Shown: positions 1 through 12,011, numbered from the whole stretch's first letter. The stretch: DNA of 63,974 nt, filler included, from 10 parts of 10 records of this genome joined end to end with filler, not necessarily neighbours in it; one strand, 5' to 3'. Numbers and translations are program-made. The notes: generated by a model not told the origin, from the sequence alone.

Positions 1-137
1 ATGAATGACATCGACGTAACATCGATCATCGATGTGAGATCTAATGAATTGATTCTGATCACTTACAATGATTAGCAGATGAACTAATACGGTAATCTTG
101 ATGGTATCACTTACTGGGCCCTAACTTGACCCATCAA

Positions 138-1542
138 TCAAATAATATTCTTTTCGAGCAGCAACTTTCCTTGATCAAACCGCTCAAACCCAAACGGTGT
201 GCAATCAATCGTCTGATAACCGCCCTCCAACACCAGCTCACTAATCGCCCTGCCCACTGCGGGGGCCTGCTGTATGCCATGCCCGCTGAACCCGTTGGCC
301 AAAAGCATGTTCTTCACCGCCGAGTGTCGGCCGATAATCCCGTTCTGATCGACGGTGTTATACTCATAATACCCGGCCCAAGAGCTCACCACCTTGAGTC
401 GCTCAAACGCTGGGACCCTCGCCGCCAGCAGCGGCCACATTCTTTCCTCAAACATCGCGTGGTCCACCTCCAGGTCCCCATCCAGCACGTCCGGGTCAGT
501 TAAAGGTCCCAAACCAGTCACAAACAGCCCAGAGGGACCTAACCTTTCTCTTCTAAAGTAAAGCCCCGAAGGGTCTATTACCAACGGACTATTCGTTATG
601 GCATCCGCATCCGGGCAGTCAAACACAAACACGCTCCGCTTGCGCGGTCGCACAGGCACATCCACTTCCGCCAGGCCGGCCAGCGCAGACGCCCATGGCC
701 CTGCTGCATTCAGCACGTCTCCACATCCCACTGAGGCCTCGCCCTCCGCCGACTTGAGCGCAACTGCCTCCACCCGCCCGGGCCGGTCAAGCTCCAGCCC
801 GACCACCTCCGCCTCTGCAAACGTCACCCCGAGTGCCACCGCCTTCCGCTTGAACGCCTGGAGTAATGAATACGGGTCGAACCAGCCTTCACCCGAGTTC
901 CCGACAGAGCTGCAACGGCACAGCTGAGTGCGGGGCAACCCGGATGGGGCACCCGGCCACCACGTCCTCGAATTGCATCCACGGGTACCGCTCGCCCAGC
1001 TCGGCTGGGGTGACCAACTGGACGTCAGCCCCGCACCCGACCTGGCCCCGGGGCTCTCGTGCGGCCCCGGACAGTAACGGCCTGTGTCTGGTGGTTCTCC
1101 TGGAGCACGGGGACGCCGTCCTCGGTGGCCAGGAACAAGTAGCCGCTAGGGACCAGCCCGACCGTTGGCACCTCGCCGTCCACAGCCAGCGGGCTCAGAT
1201 CTTGGAGGAAGCCGGTGCCTGCCCCGGCGTAACGGACGCCCCAACGGCAGCCGACCGAACTGGGAGAGCTGGATGTTCTCTCGGATCGAGAACTGGTGCC
1301 GGATCGAACCAACGGACAGTGCTGTCGAGGCCCGGGCGTAGGTGTGGTCCCGCTCGACCACGAGCACAGAGTGCCGGCTGCCGGGCCGGTCAGCGGGCCT
1401 TGCGGGGTAAGCACCCGGCAGACTGGCGGGCCAGCCAGTAGGCGGCCGAGCAGCCCATCGCCCCGCCCCCGCAGATCACGGTGTCGTACGACCGCGCCAG
1501 GTCTGCCAGCCCGCACCTGCTGCCGCGCACTGCAGCTGCCAT
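138..1542 (-). CDS. FOXRED1: FAD-dependent oxidoreductase, FOXRED1-like (DAO/sarcosine oxidase family); 5 exons
   Basis: ATG at 1542. Rossmann motif [12 protein letters not shown], then [52 protein letters not shown] and [20 protein letters not shown]. Frames are joined by ~37-43 nt introns (e.g. GT-AG intron 1378-1414 with CTGAC branch point). Confidence 0.92.
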
Positions 1543-1631
1543 TCCTGTCGCCTCTGATAGTTTAGTTTCATTTTACTTGGACTGGAGGCTTCGTAAGGGT
1601 TCGTATCCCATCCTCCGAGGTTTCTGCTAAG

Positions 1632-1676
1632 TTCTTTGCAAAACGCTTCTTTGCAAAATGCTTCTTTGCAAAAAAA
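1632..1676. repeat. Three tandem copies of a 15-bp unit (TTCTTTGCAAAAYGC) upstream of FOXRED1
   Basis: Read directly: ttctttgcaaaacgc ttctttgcaaaatgc ttctttgcaaaaaaa. Confidence 0.85.
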
Positions 1677-2109
1677 TAAGACTGACAAACGAGTCAGGCG
1701 TTCAGTAAGGGCGGGCTTCCTGAGCACTGCTCATCGATGACTATGAAGTCGCCAATGCAAGCTGCTATCACGACATGTTGAGGTGTGCCAGACATCTCGC
1801 TGAATCTGGTTGCCACCCAATTGCAACCGGTTGCCACCCATGTAACCGGTGCTATGTACAAAACAAATACATCATAGACCAAAGTTAGAGTCTAGACACA
1901 CGATGCAGTCTTAGAAGACTACTGTATCTATCACAATAAATAGATTTGCTCTCTCGTTGTGACGAAATACTGACGAAAGGTATCACATTAATTAAGTAAC
2001 ATTTAAGCAATCACATGCACAAACTCTACTAAGTCCTCGGTAAGTCGTCGCAACATACAACTGCGTGGCGCTCTGGCTATCCTGCCATGGCCTGGAACTA
2101 ACGCACTCG

Positions 2110-3150
2110 CTAGCAGCTTGGGGAGGCTTGGTCTGCCAGCGCCTTGAGGCAATCAAACTCAGCTGGGTTCCTCCATGTTCCATTCGGATAAACTAAGCCT
2201 TGGAAATGACTGAACTGATCATGCATCAGCATCAGCTCCCACGCCACCCACCCCAACCCAGCTTGCATAAACCCTCTCGCCGACGGGCAATAGCATTCAA
2301 ATTGTCCCATTTCCGAAACAAGCGCTGGTTTGCCCAACGCTTTGGCCTTGTCCACAAAGGCCTTGCCTGCAGCCGCCTGCTGTTCACAGACCGCTGTGGC
2401 GTTGGGCGCGCATGCCGGCCACTGCCCGTAGTGCCAGTACGAATGAAAAGACAAGGCTCGTTCAGTCTTGTCCAAGCTCCCAGGCGCCTTGCTGTACTCA
2501 TCGACTGTAGTGAACGCGTCGGTGACCTTGTGAGTCTCATGGAGCATCGTGGCGATGAAGCTCGGCAACCCACCACCCCAGGGCGCGTTATTATGCGGCT
2601 CGTTCATCATGTCGTACCCGAGCAGTCGCCTGTCGTTGGCGCGCAACCCGCCGACCACATCTCGCAGGTACGCACTAGTATGGTTCCAGTAGGTTGAGCT
2701 AGCGTCAACACTAAGCAGAGTGAGTCCTGGATTGGCCATCCACTTAGCCCCGCGGTAGGCCCGCCCGGCCAGCCAGCCGTCGATGTCGGACCAGTCTGTC
2801 AAGTTTGGCAGCCCCGCGTCGTAGAAGTCGTCGTCGAAGAGCACCACCAGCGGCTTGATGCTCCGTGCGGCACAGGCGGCTACGAAGTGATCGTACCGGG
2901 AGAGGAAGCCGGTCCGGTTCTGCCACCACGGGAACATATGCAGGAAGATCCGGACGGCGTTTAGCTTGGCCGAGGCGGCCAGATCTAGCTCAGCCTCGAT
3001 GGTGGCCGGCTGGTAGTCCATCCAGATCTCGACCGGGTTTGAGGCGTAAGAAGGGACGAAGTTGACTCCGCGCACCCTGGCCCACTCGTTGGTGTACGAC
3101 CCCGCGCATCCCGCTGCCAGCAGCAGCGCCAGTACTGCTCTGCTCGGCAT
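2110..3150 (-). CDS. Secreted glycoside hydrolase family 5 (bacterial-type, GH5_13-like); intronless
   Basis: Signal peptide MPSRAVLALLLAAGCAG. Motif RGVNFVPSYASNPVEIW...IEAELDLAASAKLNAVRIFLH. Acid/base motif YDMMNEP and nucleophile region LVSEMG. Confidence 0.85.
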   Translation of the reverse strand: MPSRAVLALLLAAGCAGSYTNEWARVRGVNFVPSYASNPVEIWMDYQPATIEAELDLAASAKLNAVRIFLHMFPWWQNRTGFLSRYDHFVAACAARSIKPLVVLFDDDFYDAGLPNLTDWSDIDGWLAGRAYRGAKWMANPGLTLLSVDASSTYWNHTSAYLRDVVGGLRANDRRLLGYDMMNEPHNNAPWGGGLPSFIATMLHETHKVTDAFTTVDEYSKAPGSLDKTERALSFHSYWHYGQWPACAPNATAVCEQQAAAGKAFVDKAKALGKPALVSEMGQFECYCPSARGFMQAGLGWVAWELMLMHDQFSHFQGLVYPNGTWRNPAEFDCLKALADQASPSC

Positions 3151-3237
3151 CGAAGGCGCGGCACCACCTCCGGAGTGCTCCTACGATGCCGTTAGAGCAG
3201 TCCATAACGGCATCGCATCGTCCGGGGCCCCACTCCA

Positions 3238-3567
3238 ATGAAGGTTTTGGAGATGCCGGTTTTGGCCGGGCTCTTATTCGTTGGGCTGCTGCGGGCCGCA
3301 CATGCGGACATCTACCTGCATTCGCCGCGTGGTTCCAACAACAGGTTGAAGATTCTGGAGAATGACTGGGAGCTCCGCACGGCTGGGAACGAGATCATTC
3401 CAAGGGAACGAGCAGTCAAGACGCTGATGAAAAACGGCGCGTTGGACGCCAAGCCCGAGCTCGGCGCGGGGCCTGTCGGCCTGTGGGGCCTGCACTACGG
3501 GGACCTCCGCGCGGCGCGGGGGACCTACGGGGGCGGGGGCGATTGGATGCCGGGCTGGGAGCTCGGG
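3238..3567 (+). CDS. 5' fragment of a DD3-3-like secreted protein; similarity stops after ~3348; truncated by contig end
   Basis: Signal peptide followed by ADIYLHSPRGSNNRL, the characteristic N-terminus of Dictyostelium DD3-3-like proteins. The downstream sequence does not continue the family pattern. Confidence 0.55.
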
Positions 3568-3667
3568 NNNNNNNNNNNNNNNNNNNNNNNNNNNNNNNNN
3601 NNNNNNNNNNNTTAATTAATTAANNNNNNNNNNNNNNNNNNNNNNNNNNNNNNNNNNNNNNNNNNNN
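3568..3667. other. Artificial contig linker (44N-TTAATTAATTAA-44N)
   Basis: Identical 100-bp spacer with six-frame stop codons, present 9 times in the window. Confidence 0.99.
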
Positions 3668-3786
3668 GGGGGGGCGCGCGTACTCACCACAATGGGGGCG
3701 GCCACGGCCAGCTGGCGTTACAACGGTCAACGTCATCTAGGAATGGAAAACGGTGTCGCTCGGAAGAGGGACGGCGTGGGGGTGAA

Positions 3787-4599
3787 ATGTCTAGCGAGTG
3801 CGTGTACACCACCAAGCCGGGCCAGCTGTTTGAGTACACCATCCGCCGGCCGGACCGGCTCGAGCCGGCCGACTACCTAGAGGAGGCCCTGCTTTTACTC
3901 CGACAAGGTGCAGCCCTGCCAGGGGCCCTGGATGAGCCCCAGGCAGACTCCGAGTCAGATCTGAGCGACCTCGGGATCCTGAGCGACCTCGGGATCAGCA
4001 GCGGCAGCCTCAGCTCCGGGCTGCTGGCAGAAGATGAGCCTGAGTCCCCGGCCGAGCCGCTGCTGAGGTCCAGCCAGCTGATCACAGTGCCGCCTCTGCT
4101 GTTCGAGACCGGAGGAACTGCAAGCCCCCAGAGTGTGCTGGCCAAGACGACCGCCCGAGCCCTGACAAGCGTGGTCGAGATGGCTGGTAGAATACGCCAG
4201 CAGGGGGCCGGGGTTTTCTGGGAGAGTTGTGAGCTGATTGACAGGACGCTCCGCCAGGCGACTGCCAGTCTCGGTTCAGCCGTAAAGGACGACATGCTCG
4301 CAGTTGTCGAAGAGGCCAAGAGCAGCTTGCGCCGGGCGTGGGAACTACATCAATGTGAGCTGTGCCGCGCCATGCGTGCAAAAAAGTGCCTCGAGAGCCA
4401 GCTCGCAAGGAAGGGCCTTGAGCCTGGCATCAAGGCGGGCATGCACGAACGGCTGCAACAGGCCGAGGTCAGTGTCAGCCGGTCAGAGGCGGCGCAAGCG
4501 CAAGTCCAGCGACTGATTAGCGTGTTCAGCGTGCTCAAGATTTACATGCTGCTTGAGCCGTGCGCTCCTGGCGTCAAACCAAGTGGCTGCCCATCATAA
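3787..4599 (+). CDS. Hypothetical protein with helical/coiled-coil C-terminus
   Basis: 270-aa ATG-TAA ORF with coding-like codon use; no motif recognised. Confidence 0.6.
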   Translation: MSSECVYTTKPGQLFEYTIRRPDRLEPADYLEEALLLLRQGAALPGALDEPQADSESDLSDLGILSDLGISSGSLSSGLLAEDEPESPAEPLLRSSQLITVPPLLFETGGTASPQSVLAKTTARALTSVVEMAGRIRQQGAGVFWESCELIDRTLRQATASLGSAVKDDMLAVVEEAKSSLRRAWELHQCELCRAMRAKKCLESQLARKGLEPGIKAGMHERLQQAEVSVSRSEAAQAQVQRLISVFSVLKIYMLLEPCAPGVKPSGCPS

Positions 4600-4857
4600 G
4601 CCCACAGCATGCTGGCTGTGGCTCGGTAGCTTATAGGATCTCGTGATGGACATCAGTAGAACGCCAGGGACGCCGAAACAAGTGTCGGCCGTGTGGCCTG
4701 GCCATTGGATTTGTGTTCTTACTCTCTAATTAAATTGTTCTGAGACCTAGTTAATAGAGGCTAATTGAGACTCAAGTGGCCGCAAGTGACCGCGCCGGAT
4801 GCTCGAGAGTTCATTACGCCCAAGACTTAATGCTGAGGGCAATTGCAGCAATCAGCC

Positions 4858-7136
4858 TCAGGCCGTGGGTTTGAGCCTTTCCACCTGTCCGGCCAGCTGG
4901 CCCACGCCCGGCCCACTGCTCACCTCGGTGCGCAAGTCCTCATTCTCTTGTATCAACGCGAGCATCTTAGGCGAGCCATTGGGCACACAGTGCAACTGAT
5001 TAATCTGCCACCTGGCTCGGCCCGAGCGCAGCGGCCGGCCACCCGCATCAGCTCGCGGATCCCGCTCTCGTACACCGACCGCTGCCTGGCATGCACCTCT
5101 GATCCGAGAGATATCTGACGCCGCAGCCTGCCCGGGCTCACGATGCGCCTGCCGTCTGCTCACCGTTTGTTCTCCAGCCGCAGAGCGCCCACTTCGGCAT
5201 CTTTGGCTTGGCTGCCCGGCAGATCAGCATGGATTGGACGCGGGTCTCACCGTTGATTTAGGCTCTCCTCGTGCTCGGTGCTGGCTGAGCTCGGTCGGGC
5301 GCCCCGCTTGTTGGTCCGCTCCGCTCGCTTCTCTAGTGCCACCCGCCGGCCGCGCTCCTCCTGCAGCGACTGCTCGGCCACCATGTACATCTGGTTGGCC
5401 TGGTCCACGTCGCCCTGCACCAGCTCGCAGAACTCCTTGACCTTCTGCATCTCGACTGCCTGCAGCCTAGTCCGGAGTACCAATTCATTGTGCTGCGTGG
5501 CGCTTGCCTTACTCTTGTTCGCCTGCTCAACGCTCACCCACGGCCAGCGCGGCGGGGTGCCTCGGTCGTGGCCGCCCTGAGCTTGCTCTGGACCGCGGCC
5601 AGCTCCTGTCGGAGCGCCTGCATCTCCTTCCGCTGCAGCTCTAGCGCCTGTTGCTGCCGGCCTGACTCGAGCTTGTGCGCGCTCTGCTGCTCAGCCGCGT
5701 GCTGCTGCTGCAGCGCCGCCAGCTGTTGCCCCTCGGACGGTTGACTGTGCGCGTGTCCGGCCTCAAGACTAATCGGCCTCGGGTCCGGCCTCGGCTCGTT
5801 CAGCAGCGCCTGCTCGAGTGCCTTGGCCGCCTGCTCCTCGCGCTGCTGCGTCTTCTTGAGCTCCGTCCGAATTGCCTCGATCAACAGGTCGTCGTTGTCG
5901 GTCTTGTCGAGCAGCACCTGCATCTTGGCCTTCAGATTGCGTACTTCGCCCTCCAGCGTGCGCGAGCGGGCCGAAGCTGCCTCGTACCTGCACCCAATCG
6001 GCTGCCTATCCTAACCAGCCACACCGCACACGCGCCTCCTGCAGCCTCTGCTCGCTCTCTCCGAGCTGGGCGGCCAGTTGCTCACGGCCTTCGCCCCGCT
6101 TGCGCTCCCTCTTCTGTATCTCCTGCAGATGCCGGTCGTCCAAGTCCAATTTAGCCCCAGGGGAAGGCTCCGACATTACCGAGCCCGTCTGACCCCAGAG
6201 TGAGCACACAGCCACTGCCGGCCGGCGCCTCGTCGTTTCTGCTCAGCTGTTTCTTGAGATTCTTGAGCTTCTGCTGGAGCAGGCTCACCTGCTGGGACCG
6301 GCCGCGCCACGATCCGCCCTCCTCGAGGACCTTGGCCAAGTCTATCTCATCGCCCACCTCGAGCTGCAGCGCTCGCTTTGTCTTCTGCAGATCGGTCTTG
6401 GACCGCTGCAGCTCCTGCCGCAGCTCCGTCACCTTCATATTCGCCTGCCGGCCGCTCGGCCCGCCCCGCCCGCCCGGCGCACGTGTGCAAACTTTTCCTT
6501 CCACTCCTTGATCTGCGCCTTGTGCGCTGCAGCCTCGTCTCCGTTCCGAGAGCCGGCCGAGTCCGGCCGTGGCCTGCTCGCCACTCAGCACCGCCCGGGC
6601 CCGCCGCACCGGGGGGCCGGCTCCGGCTTGGGCTTGGCGGCTGCGACCGCGAGCTGTTTCTCGGCGGTTGCGGCCTTGTGCCGCTCGCGTTCGAGGGCCA
6701 GATTGAGGTCCCTGTTCTTCTTGGCCAGCTCCCGGATCTTCTTGCCGGCCACGTCCGAACTGCCCTCGGGCACCGCCGCCAGCTGGGCCCGCAGCTGCTT
6801 GATCTCGGCTTGCTTTGAGTCGACGCTCCGCTGCAGCGCCGCGTTCTGGTTGACCAGATCCTGCAGCTGCGGCCGGGCTCAGCCGACCCCGGGCCCGGCG
6901 GCTCGCCTGGCTCATCCCGGCGAAGCTGAACCCGCCAGGGCCCGGGGCCGCAGCCGGGGCCGCAGCCGGGGCGCCGCGGGCCGACCGGGCCGAGATGGGC
7001 GGCTCCAGATCCAGCCCGTAGTCGTCCTGCGGGGGCGGCTCGGCGCTGCAGCGGCGTCAGCCGGCGAGCGGCGGCAGCGGCACCTGCCCCCGGCGAACAG
7101 GAAGCTGACTTCGTCGTCCTCGGAGGAAGAGTCCAT
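4858..7136 (-). CDS. CCDC13: Coiled-coil domain-containing protein 13 (centriolar satellite/ciliary); multi-exon
   Basis: Motifs KIRELAKKNRDL, ALQLEVGDEIDLAKVLEEGGSWRGRSQQVSLLQQKL and KMQVLLDKTDNDDLLIEAIRTEL match CCDC13 conserved blocks. Short introns, including a GC-AG intron at 6867-6906. Confidence 0.85.
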
Positions 7137-7324
7137 CCTGCGACTGGGGGCCTCACTTCATCTTTGCACAGACAGAAGCTGATGCTTTTCTCGTCGTCCA
7201 ACGGTCTCGATCACGGAGCGGCCCGGACCGGGAGCGGCTCACCCTGCGTAAGAGGGCCCGCCGAGCGCTCGGTTGCGCGGAGGTTGAGCTCTACGGGACT
7301 TTCCCGACCCCGGCGCCCGTGAGA

Positions 7325-9061
7325 ATGGAGACCGAGCCGCGGACATCGCGCGGCTGGTTCTTGGGGGCCCCGCCGTCCACCAAGTGCCCGAACGAGCCCG
7401 GCGACAAGACCGGCTCCGACCCGTCTCTGGACACATCATCATGGGGCGTGGCACGGCTGAAGCTATCTCTGAACGGCGAGGCCCGCCAATCGACCGAGCG
7501 CTCGGTCCAGCTGTGCGCCAAGGACAGCACGGCGTTCCGGGGCGAGACGTTCAGCTGGAAGATCGAGGCCGATGCGCTGGCCGACGCCAGGCTGGAGGCC
7601 GAGCTCGAGCTGGCGGAGGACGCGAGCGGGCTCAAGACGCGGACGATCGACCCGTACCAGGTGCTTGAGGCCACGGCTTCACAAGGCCAGCTGGCGGAGG
7701 CGGTGCGCAGCGGGCGGCCTGTGGTGCTGCTGTTGTACGACTCCGAGTGGCATGACATGTACAGCGGGCGGGTGCTGCTGGAGCTGGAGCACCGGGAGGG
7801 GGTGCTCCAGGCGCGGGTGGCCTCGCTGGCCCAGCTGCAGATGACAGTCCAAGGCGAGGTTGTGGTCCCGTTCCAGCTGCTCCCCTGGCTGATTGCGCTC
7901 ACTGTCTACTTTGCGGGCGGGATCTGCTTCTTCATGCTCTACATGGGCGCCGACGCGATCCCGTCCGTCGGGTTCGCGATCAACGTGGTCTGCCTCACCG
8001 GGCAGGTGGACATTATGGCTGAAGCGCAGAACGACGAGGGCGAGTACGACTTCAATAGGACGGCGGCGGAGTGGTTTCTGATCTTCTACATGGTGTTCGG
8101 GGTGGTGACCATGATCGTGTTCCTCAACCCGTGGTTCAACATACTGATGCTCAAGCTGATCGAGCTGCTCGACGGACCTCTCAAGCGACTGCCCCGCTGG
8201 CTAGAATGGCCTATCCGCACATGCTCTTACGGGGTGGTGCTTGTGCTGCTGCTCGCGATCAACGTGGTGATGCTATCGATCCTCGAGGATATGGACTTCA
8301 CAGACTCGCTCTACCTCTCGACCGCGTACGTGATCACACTAGGGTACGTCTCGACCCTCGGGTTCACCACAAACGCTGGCAAGATCTGGCTGCTCTGTTG
8401 GCTCCCGTTTGCCACATTGTTCTTCGTGTACGTGGTGATCGACGTGGTCCAGGCCAAGTCGCGCGCCAACGCCATCAGGCACCGAGACGCGTTGCTTGAA
8501 GGGTTGCTCCGTGAGCCGGAAGACTTGGTCGCGATCCAGAGGGCCCAGCAAGAGGACCAGCTCACACGGTACCAGTTCATTAGGTTCATGATGATCCGGC
8601 TCCAGTGCGTGGACGAGGAGGACCTGCAGGCGATCGAGCAACGGTTCGACTTCCTGGACAAGAACAACAACGGTATAGTCGAGCTGAGCGAACTAGAACA
8701 AAGCCGGCATCGGTACCGGCCCACGCTCCCACTCGGGCCAGCCAACGCGGCCACGGCCGACGCTGTGGCCCAGTTCAATGTGGGCGACCAAGTGCGGGTG
8801 TGGTGGTCGATGCTCGAGCCGGCGGCCTGGTACAGCGGGGAGGTGGTCCAGACCAGGCCAGCGGGGATAAAGGTTAAATACCTGGAGACGGATGACTTTG
8901 CGTGGCACGACCCGGCCAAATGGCAGGTCGAAAAGTGGAACCGGGCGGCGGAGGCGTACCAGGGCCAGACCCACGCGTCCGTGTACTCGGATAACGACTA
9001 CTTCCCGACCCGTGAGCGATCAATGGAAGGCGCAGGCTCGCCTGCAAACGACCAGCTGTGA
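7325..9061 (+). CDS. Two-pore (TPK/KCO-type) cation channel with C-terminal EF-hand and Tudor-like domain; non-canonical filters; intronless
   Basis: 4-TM/2-pore-loop layout (pore regions AINVVCLTGQVD and FTDSLYLSTAYVITLGYVS). TPK-like tail YQFIRFMMIRLQCVDEEDLQAIEQRFDFLDKNNNGIVELSEL. Tudor-like segment FNVGDQVRVWW...WYSGEV...VKY. Confidence 0.8.
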   Translation: METEPRTSRGWFLGAPPSTKCPNEPGDKTGSDPSLDTSSWGVARLKLSLNGEARQSTERSVQLCAKDSTAFRGETFSWKIEADALADARLEAELELAEDASGLKTRTIDPYQVLEATASQGQLAEAVRSGRPVVLLLYDSEWHDMYSGRVLLELEHREGVLQARVASLAQLQMTVQGEVVVPFQLLPWLIALTVYFAGGICFFMLYMGADAIPSVGFAINVVCLTGQVDIMAEAQNDEGEYDFNRTAAEWFLIFYMVFGVVTMIVFLNPWFNILMLKLIELLDGPLKRLPRWLEWPIRTCSYGVVLVLLLAINVVMLSILEDMDFTDSLYLSTAYVITLGYVSTLGFTTNAGKIWLLCWLPFATLFFVYVVIDVVQAKSRANAIRHRDALLEGLLREPEDLVAIQRAQQEDQLTRYQFIRFMMIRLQCVDEEDLQAIEQRFDFLDKNNNGIVELSELEQSRHRYRPTLPLGPANAATADAVAQFNVGDQVRVWWSMLEPAAWYSGEVVQTRPAGIKVKYLETDDFAWHDPAKWQVEKWNRAAEAYQGQTHASVYSDNDYFPTRERSMEGAGSPANDQL

Positions 9062-9297
9062 GTCTTGTGCGCATAAAGAGTCGACTGATGAATACCGGTG
9101 ACAGCTCAAGTGTGGTTCCGAGCATGGATCCGAACCCGAGCTCGCTCTTGTCCACTGTACAATCGCTCTAAGTACTACTCAATTATCGCTCAATTACAGG
9201 TACACTTATTTATCATAAAGTTATCAATCCTAACAGAGTTGTTAATAATTACACTCGTAGCTATTACGTAGCTATATACTTGTAGAATGCTTGACAA

Positions 9298-10499
9298 TCA
9301 AGCGAACTGGAGCTGCCGGCCTTTTGTGAGCTCCAACATCTTTTTAGTCTCTTCAAACCTAGAGTGAATTTGTTCGATGAACTGTTGCGTCGCCCGGCTC
9401 TCTCGCTGCAGATGCGACGGCGTGTGCGCCACCAGGCTCGGCCTCTCTTGCACCGGCGCCTCCGGTGTGGGCTGCTCACTTGCGGCGGCTTCTGTCAACT
9501 GCACACAAGCTGTCAGCGCCTGCGGCTGGTCCCGGGCTCGCCTGCTGCTGCTGGGCAGCCATGATTCGGGCGCCGCATTCAAGCACCGTGACCCGTGAGT
9601 CGATCCCGGCCACTCCCGCCACCACTTGCTCCAGCTGGGCGCACCGAGACTGCAGCTCGGCGACCACCTGCCGCCGGCTCGCCCGGCCTCGACCCGATGC
9701 CCACCTCCGCCAACTCGGGTCGCGCCATCGGCTCGGCTGCGACCTCGCGCGCCACCGTCAGCTGCGGTCGGCCCGGCACTGCGCTCGGCTCCTCAAACTC
9801 GATCTCTATTTCGTCCTCCTCCTCATACATAGGCTCGTCCTCCTCTAGCGCAGGCTCCTCTAGCTGGGCTGGCATGCTCGGCCGGGCGGTGGCCACAGGC
9901 GATAGCTTGCGCGGCGACGGCACCGGCGAGCCCGGCGCACAGGCGGCGGCCGGGCTCCGGGTCGGAGTAGGGCTTGCCCGGCGGGGGCAGAGCTCCCGGG
10001 TGACCGTGGCAGGGGGCGGGCTGGGCTCAAGGTGGAGCGAGGGCGAAGTGGCCGGCGGAAGCGAGGTGCGCTTGCGCCGGAAGGCGGTCTCGTGGTGCTG
10101 CTGGCGGAACAGCTCGAGGGCCTGGCAGACCAGCAGGATCTTCTGCTCGGCGAACCCGGTCGGGCTGGTGAACTGTGCCGGCGAGAGCGAAGGGAAGCAG
10201 CGCCAGCGGTCCCGGAGCAGCCGGAAGAGGCCCTCGACAAACCTGAGGTCGGACCGGACCGCCAGGGTGGGGCAGGCCTCGAGCACTATCCCGGCCACGT
10301 GCTTTGAGAAGCTGAGCGCCCCAAAGTGAAGCATCGGGAGCAACACCGCCGGTCGGCCGTCGGCCGCGCTGCCGGGCCGGTGAGCCAGGCGGGAGGGAGA
10401 GGGGTACCCGGGCGAGTCGAGCGGCTGGTCGTACTTGATTCTGCGGAGCGCGGTTGCCAGCCGAGCCAGGTTGCCTGCAAGGTCGCCCCGGGACGGCAT
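9298..10499 (-). CDS. CEP44: Centrosomal protein CEP44-like; multi-exon
   Basis: GDLAGNLARLATALRRIKY...GRPAVLLPMLHFGALSFSKHVA...SDLRFVEGLFRLLRD...GFAEQKI matches the CEP44 N-terminal domain. Coiled-coil C-terminus ending RFEETKKML. Confidence 0.88.
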
Positions 10500-10817
10500 T
10501 GTGAGCTGATTGAAAACAAAAGCAAAAAAGTGACGGTTTTCTCGAAAAGGAACGCAGAGCACGAGTCTGAGCACCTGGCCGGCCTGGCGACCTGACACGA
10601 GTAGGTACCGTACGTGTACTAGATTGACGACGAGAGTCTGACGCAATGCGCACACGTTTCTTTAATAGTTGAAATTTGCCCGATTTAGGCCCGAGTCTGC
10701 ACAAACCACCTGCTCACTTTATGCCCAAACGACTGACACACGGTCGCACGGTCCAATTCTCGACTGTTCAAAGCTGTCCGAAGCAGCTGCGGTACAGCGG
10801 AGCACGGTACTGGCAGT

Positions 10818-12011
10818 TTACCACTGGCCGGACCCCTTCTGCCACCCTTCGTGGTGCGACTGCTTCTGAGTCTCCCAGAACTGTGCCATCTGGGCTGCGC
10901 TCCTGCCCGGGCTGCTTGGCCGACGCTCCTCCTTAGCCGGCCGTGCTGCTCGCTTGCTGTCGGTGCCGCTGCTCTTCGACCGGGCGAGAGTGTGGCTGGC
11001 TCGCATCTGGTCGGCGCAGGCCCGGTCGAGCTGCCCAATCTTCATGTCCTTGAGCCGGGCCACTTCGCTCTTGAGGCACCCGATTTGATCTCGGGCCGCG
11101 TTCAGGTCTCTGAGCAGCTTTGAGCGCATCTGTTCAAACTTGTCCGCGGCGCACTCCGCCTCGGCCAGCGCCAGCTTCTCCAGCGCGAGGTCCCGCTCAG
11201 CCAGCACGTCGTCTATGCTCTGCGGCCCCGGCTAAGCACGTGAGCGGCTGCCGGCCGAGGCACCATGATATCTCCGGCGGTCACGAGCTTGGCCACCGGT
11301 CGCATCAGCCCGAGCTGCTGCTGGATCGTGCCAACTTGGTCGTGCACCATCGCCATCGCCACACACTGGCTCGGCTCAGTCCGGTCGGCCGGGGCTCACA
11401 CCGTTGCAATATTGTCGGGGCTCATCTTGTTCTGGCTGGCGTGCAGGCAGACCAGGTGCAGGTGCCGCACCAGCGCCTGCCCGACCTCGCCCCCCCCCCA
11501 GCCGGCCGCCACCCGGAGCAGGCGTTGCCTGTTCTCGTCCAGGCCGCTTAGGTGCTGACACAGCTTGGACACGTCTTCCGCGTCCTCGATCAGCTGCCCC
11601 CGCTCGGCCGGCCACCCTTGAGTCCGGGCGCACCCCGTTGAACACTTCTCTGCTGTCGATCAGCCCGCCGGGCAGCCTCTTGAGCCAGCGAGTGACCAGT
11701 CCGCACACGTTCTCTACCGGCTCGTCCACCTTGATCTTGCACTCGCCCGCCAGCTCGCCCGCCAGCTCGCGCATCCGCTTGGTGCTGCCAGCGGTCCGGT
11801 ACAGCCCCTCAGTGTCCAACCCAAACTTCTCTGCCCGCCCCGATCGGCCGCCTGCCGCCCCAGCCGCCGTACCGATGTGCCCGATGGCGGCGGCCACAAA
11901 CGGGGGAAGCAGCAGCCGGTCGGCCCCAGGCTCCTCAGCCAGCGGCCTCCCAAAGATCGACGGCTTGCCCGGGGACGGCTTGGTCGGAGAGCTGCTCGCG
12001 GAAGCGGCCAT
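10818..12011 (-). CDS. RhoGAP domain protein with C-terminal coiled coil; multi-exon; 3' end approximate
   Basis: IFGRPL...LPPFVAAAIGHI/EKFGLDTEGLYRTAGS (arginine finger), then NVCGLVTRWLKRLPGGLI and NKMSPDNIATV. Confidence 0.85.

Noticed and set aside
1632-1850. Short repeats resembling a CRISPR array or iterons
   Set aside because: The units are directly tandem or have only two copies, with no unique spacers and no cas genes, in a eukaryotic context.
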